From Candidatus Bathyarchaeota archaeon (GTDB lineage: Archaea > Thermoproteota > Bathyarchaeia > Bathyarchaeales > Bathycorpusculaceae): a stretch of DNA of 64,000 nucleotides. This document shows positions 59,882 through 64,000 of this stretch, in pieces. The position numbers were made by a program, and so were the translations under genes. Location of the stretch: assembly GCA_963833575.1 (NCBI GenBank), contig CAWHXY010000007.1, forward strand, positions 320,001 to 384,000, read 5' to 3'. How positions within the stretch are numbered: position 1 is the first letter of the stretch; every line of letters starts with the position of its first letter. Below the pieces are notes generated by a model, which saw only the letters and a list, made by a program, of their open reading frames with translations, did not search any database and was not told the origin of the DNA.

Positions 59882-60394
59882 TTATGAGTATAAATGGGCC
59901 ATATTAACATCAAACTTTTCAATTTTGTCTTTTCTGCGCATAATAAAGATTATCAGAAAGCTACCCACCACTGCAACTATAACAACTATCAATAGATAAA
60001 TTGGAGATATTCCAGTCGAATTATTGCTGTCTTGGATTTCTGGGTTGGTCACATATGAGAATGTTACTTGAATTGGATTAGGCAGATCGTTCTCAAAGTT
60101 TAGGGTGTAGGTGCCTTTTTGTTGTGAAACGAAACCAAAGGTGGTTGGTTTGTCGATTATACCTAAGTTAATGATTATGGTTCCGTTGGGGGCACTTATG
60201 AAAAAGCGAACGCCGCCAGTGGTTGAGATTGAGCCATTAAATGTTGTGCCTTGAGGCAAAACATAAGGTAACTGTGATGACTCAGAGGAAAGAGTAAATG
60301 TTGGCACTGTAGTGGCGAACGCTGAAGAAAAAAACAATGACGTTAACAGAAAAAAAGCTAAAGTTACACAAATAACGTAGTGAGTTTTTTTCAT
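59882..60394 (-). CDS. Secreted beta-sandwich (GOLD/emp24-like) protein with C-terminal TM
   Basis: Signal peptide, FFISAPNG, GTYTLNFEN, TM followed by RRK. Confidence 0.6.
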   Translation of the reverse strand: MKKTHYVICVTLAFFLLTSLFFSSAFATTVPTFTLSSESSQLPYVLPQGTTFNGSISTTGGVRFFISAPNGTIIINLGIIDKPTTFGFVSQQKGTYTLNFENDLPNPIQVTFSYVTNPEIQDSNNSTGISPIYLLIVVIVAVVGSFLIIFIMRRKDKIEKFDVNMAHLYS

Positions 60395-60575
60395 ATGCCT
60401 GACCAACAGATGCTTAAAAGTAAGACCCGAGGTTAATAACAATCTCGATAAAAAAAGAAAAAAAATAAACTAAGGCTACGTTCAAGCCACCGCGAAACAA
60501 AAGACAGTTGTAACAACTCCCATTAGGAAAATTAAGAATATCAGAAATTTTTTACCTTGATCTAAAAAAAAATTT

Positions 60576-63104
60576 TTACTTGAAGACCAATTTATTGTTC
60601 AGCTCTTTTGAGGGCAAACGCACAATAAAGGTCGTTCCTTTGCCTTCTTGGCTCTCCAAAGTGACCGTGCCACCCAACGCTTCAGTCATTCGCTTGATAA
60701 CGGCTAAGCCGAAACCTTGACCTTTAGACTTAGTTGTAAACATAGGTGTAAACAATTTATCCCTCACTGCTTCAGGAATGCCTACACCCGTATCCTTGAC
60801 CGTTATAAGAACATCTTTTGCCTCTTTGTATGTGTGTATGGTTAGTTTTCCACCTTTAGGCATTGCTTGTACCGCATTCGTCACTAAATTGTGCATAATA
60901 CGGTTTATGAAAGTAGAGTCAGCAACAACTTTCCTTGCATCATTTTCCACTTTAACACTTACTTTAATTGTTTCGGGGAAACTGTTCTTCTTCAATAATT
61001 CATCAATTACCTGTTTTACGTCAGTTTCCTCTGGATTTGGTTTAAGTGGTCTGGCAAAATCTTGCAGATCCGCTACAATCTTGTTAATGTAATCAATGTT
61101 CTTCTCAATTTCAGATAAGCTGTCTTGGATGCTATTTTTCTCCTCACTTTCTGGAATTGAATTTAAATCCGTTTTGGCCAAGAAAACGTCACCTATTATA
61201 GCCTGCAACGGATTACGGATGTCATGTCCGACCATACCTGCAGTGGCGCCGATTGCGGCTAAGCGTTCGGCATCCTTTAACTGCTCCGCTCTGTTGTTAG
61301 CAAGCTCTTCCATTTGGTTGGCGTATTCTTCAAGACGCACAGCAGACTCTTCAAGCTTAATTTGCATCTGTATCCTGTCGGTAATGTCCACATTTGACTC
61401 CAACATTTCGTCTATTTTGCCATCCGCTCCCAATCTACCCGACCAATAACTCTGCACAACCAACTTACTTCTATCTTTGCAAGTGTGAACAATTTCACCT
61501 GACCATTTACCATCCAGCTCAAGCTTTTTTACAATCTCTTCAATTGATTGTGAGGATTCCATTTTCAATAAGCTGCTAATGTTTTGTCCAATCGCTTTAT
61601 TCTTTGTCCAACCATACAGTTTCTCTGCGCCTTTGCTCCAAAAAGTAATTGTGCCATCGACCTTTCTGACAATTATGGAAACGGGACTAATATCGATAAG
61701 TTCAGCTTGCTTTCGTAATGTTTCCTCGGAATGTTCTTTTTCTTTACTTAGCCTCAACATCATGATACCATATGCAAAGTCGTTAACCAATTCAGTTAGA
61801 AGTTTCACTTCTTCATCAGTGAAGGGGTTTGATTCTTTACTGTATATGTTTAGTGCTCCAAACGTTTCGCCGTCGAAGGAAATTAAGGGAAGAACCAGTG
61901 ATGCGGTGTAACCTCTTTTATTAGCTTCTGAGCGCCAAGGCTTAAAGTTGGGATCTTTTTGCATGTTCTTGCAGACGCAAGGTTTTCCTGTTCTGATGAC
62001 TGTGCCCGTGGGCCCTTTGCCTCTTTCAGATTTTTCGTCCCAAGTAATCCTTAAGGCATCAATGTATTCTTTGTCGAAGCCAACGAAAGCTACTGGATGG
62101 ACAGTTTTTTCTTTGTTGTGCTCGGCAAAGCCAACCCATACAAGTGCATAGCCGCAGTCGTTGAGGATTATGTTGCAGACTTCTTGCGTGAATTTTGCTT
62201 CGTCATTTGCATGCATGAGCGCTTGGTTGCTGTTGCTGATGGCTCTTAGATGACGGTTAAGTTTTCGTAACGCTTCTCCTGCTTGTTTGCTTTGAGTAAT
62301 GTCCTCAAATACAGCCACAAAATACCCTTTCATTGGGCAGTACACAGAAATAGAAAACCACTTGCTTAAAGGCTTGAAATATATTTCAAACTTTTCTTCT
62401 TTGCAGGTAACTGCAACTCTACCATAGATTTCGAAAAGCTCAGGATTGGCTTCTCTAATTCCAGTTATCGCTTCGGTGACTTTTTTGCCAATAACAGCTT
62501 CTCTTTTCAAGCCAGTTAGGCGCTCGAATGCCTGATTAATTTCAAGATACTCAAAATCTATTGCATTGCCTGTTTCATCAAAGATCATTTTGCAATATGC
62601 AAAGCCATCCAACATGTTCTCAAATAAAGAACGGTACTTTTTTTCAGATTCACGCAAAGCATTTTCTGATTGACGCTTCTGGTAAATCTTGGACAGTTCA
62701 TTAGCTATAAGTTGAAGTTGGACAACATCATCTTTAGTGTATTCATTATTTTTGTTGCCAACACTAAAAACAATCTTGACCTTTTCTTTCTCAAATATTG
62801 GGATGCTCATAAATCGCGTGATCAAAACGTGACCAGAAGGAAAGCCCTTCTGATTAGGGGACGTCGCAAATTCATTATAAATGACTGGACGCTTAAGTCG
62901 AACACAATCAACCCAGTTTCCAGCCAGCTCAATTGTGTAATGAGTATCATAATTGGCTGCGCAATTTTTGAGTGCTTCCCCATTCCACGCAGTCAAGATT
63001 ATAGACTTTTGGTCATCCGAAACAAAATGGAAAAAACCAATTGTGCTCCCTGTAAGATTAACTGCGTGATCTAAGAAATAGTCATCAAGTTCCTTTTCGG
63101 ACAA
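60576..63104 (-). CDS. Multi-sensor histidine kinase (GAF-PAS-GAF-PAS-HisKA-HATPase)
   Basis: GHDIRNPL, NLVTNAVQA, DTGVGI, FTTKSKGQGFGL; frame stays open to 63209. Confidence 0.93.
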   Translation of the reverse strand: MSEKELDDYFLDHAVNLTGSTIGFFHFVSDDQKSIILTAWNGEALKNCAANYDTHYTIELAGNWVDCVRLKRPVIYNEFATSPNQKGFPSGHVLITRFMSIPIFEKEKVKIVFSVGNKNNEYTKDDVVQLQLIANELSKIYQKRQSENALRESEKKYRSLFENMLDGFAYCKMIFDETGNAIDFEYLEINQAFERLTGLKREAVIGKKVTEAITGIREANPELFEIYGRVAVTCKEEKFEIYFKPLSKWFSISVYCPMKGYFVAVFEDITQSKQAGEALRKLNRHLRAISNSNQALMHANDEAKFTQEVCNIILNDCGYALVWVGFAEHNKEKTVHPVAFVGFDKEYIDALRITWDEKSERGKGPTGTVIRTGKPCVCKNMQKDPNFKPWRSEANKRGYTASLVLPLISFDGETFGALNIYSKESNPFTDEEVKLLTELVNDFAYGIMMLRLSKEKEHSEETLRKQAELIDISPVSIIVRKVDGTITFWSKGAEKLYGWTKNKAIGQNISSLLKMESSQSIEEIVKKLELDGKWSGEIVHTCKDRSKLVVQSYWSGRLGADGKIDEMLESNVDITDRIQMQIKLEESAVRLEEYANQMEELANNRAEQLKDAERLAAIGATAGMVGHDIRNPLQAIIGDVFLAKTDLNSIPESEEKNSIQDSLSEIEKNIDYINKIVADLQDFARPLKPNPEETDVKQVIDELLKKNSFPETIKVSVKVENDARKVVADSTFINRIMHNLVTNAVQAMPKGGKLTIHTYKEAKDVLITVKDTGVGIPEAVRDKLFTPMFTTKSKGQGFGLAVIKRMTEALGGTVTLESQEGKGTTFIVRLPSKELNNKLVFK

Positions 63105-63545
63105 AAGTAATGCTTTCTGGTAAAGATCAAGAAGAAACTTGCCCCTCTCTATTTCGTTGTCCTGGTTATTTTTGTTTAATTTAGATTTTGTTTGATGATA
63201 AGACGCTATCTTTTTTAGCCTAAATTATCTTGTGCATTTTTAGGCAAGAAAAACAATCAGTCCTTTTATTTTAGAAAAATAGTACTGTACTTATTTAAAA
63301 ACTTTCAGAATTTAGAAGACTCCGATTTACGCTAAGAGAATTAATTCCAATTTTTGTTTCATTAAAATTCATTTTGAAAGGTCTTTTTCTTGGTTTTTGC
63401 TGGCGTTCATCAAGTGCTGCAGGCTAAAAAGGAAAAGCTCGGATTAAAAAAATAAGTACTTTACTCATAAATAGATGCTACAAAAGTTGAGCAGCCAAAA
63501 CCGTTTCAACCATCTCATCTTTGATATTAAACAGAGGATGTCACA

Positions 63546-63919
63546 TTGGCTTTTGGCTGCAACGCAAAAACCGCACAAAAATTTTTGGTCCTATTCCGTA
63601 TGCCCAAAGGTTCCACTTCTTCATGCCAAACGGCCACTATACAGGCGAAACAGCAAATGTCCCTTTGCACTTTCCTAAGAGACCTGGGAAGCATAGATGT
63701 GGAATCGATCAAGTTCCATTTCGAGCGCTTGACTTTCAAAAGTGGATAAGAACCACAATTGGAGATGAGGAACTCGCCCATAAAATCGACCAATTGGATA
63801 AAAGATTACCAGAAGAAACTTTGCAGCAACATTTAACTGACATAGTGCAGAAGCGAATTTCTGAACTGCAACTAATAGAAACTTCACCCTCAAGGTCTGC
63901 AAAAACCTGGGAGCCATAA
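63546..63919 (+). pseudogene. DUF5752-like gene with several frameshifts (pseudogene or sequencing error)
   Basis: PYAQxFHFF...YTGETA / MSLCTFLRDL..IDVESIKFHFER / DFQKWIRTTIGDEELA spread across frames. Confidence 0.7.
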
Positions 63920-64000
63920 ATAAGTCAAATCAAAATTTGTTTGTATTTTTCATAAGGGAAGTTCGATTATGAATTTTGTTCCTTTTCCAACTTCACTTTC

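Noticed and set aside
732-63917. Numerous short antisense or overlapping ORFs in the track (e.g. 14434..14826, 25060..25536, 35767..36258, 7657..7860, 12206..12439)
   Set aside because: Shadows of well-supported genes or remnants, or motif-less ORFs
63521-63919. Programmed frameshifting in the DUF5752-like gene, the flavodoxin at 40186 and the DUF1722 C-terminus near 52511
   Set aside because: Several single-base indels, mostly beside homopolymers, fit decay or sequencing error better

Overview
Archaeal chromosome segment, AT-rich with many TTG starts. Gene content (DGGGP synthase, Trm1, crenarchaeal-type SSB and EndA, ESCRT-III/Snf7, PEF-CTERM protein) points to the TACK group, most plausibly Bathyarchaeia; this is inference, with no marker search run. 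About 65 CDSs were identified. They include a housekeeping core (pfkA, malic enzyme, glyS, endA, trm1, proC, aspartate kinase, a sugar-nucleotidyltransferase/GT4 pair), a 1472-aa Dna2-like Fe-S nuclease-SF1 helicase, and a decaying accessory tract (about 39.5-46 kb). A light/photo-oxidative-stress island (about 51.5-58.4 kb) carries heliorhodopsin, a DrrAB-like ABC exporter, fasciclin, SOUL, UvsE and DUF523-DUF1722. Non-coding highlights are a tRNA-Tyr(GTA) with two BHB introns and a 7-nt middle exon, several candidate structured RNAs, and an unexplained dispersed intergenic element. That element has five copies: three carry a helically phased array of NNNNNCTTTT decamers, and two share a perfectly identical 74-bp core in inverted orientation 16.4 kb apart. 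All alignments and folds were done by eye.
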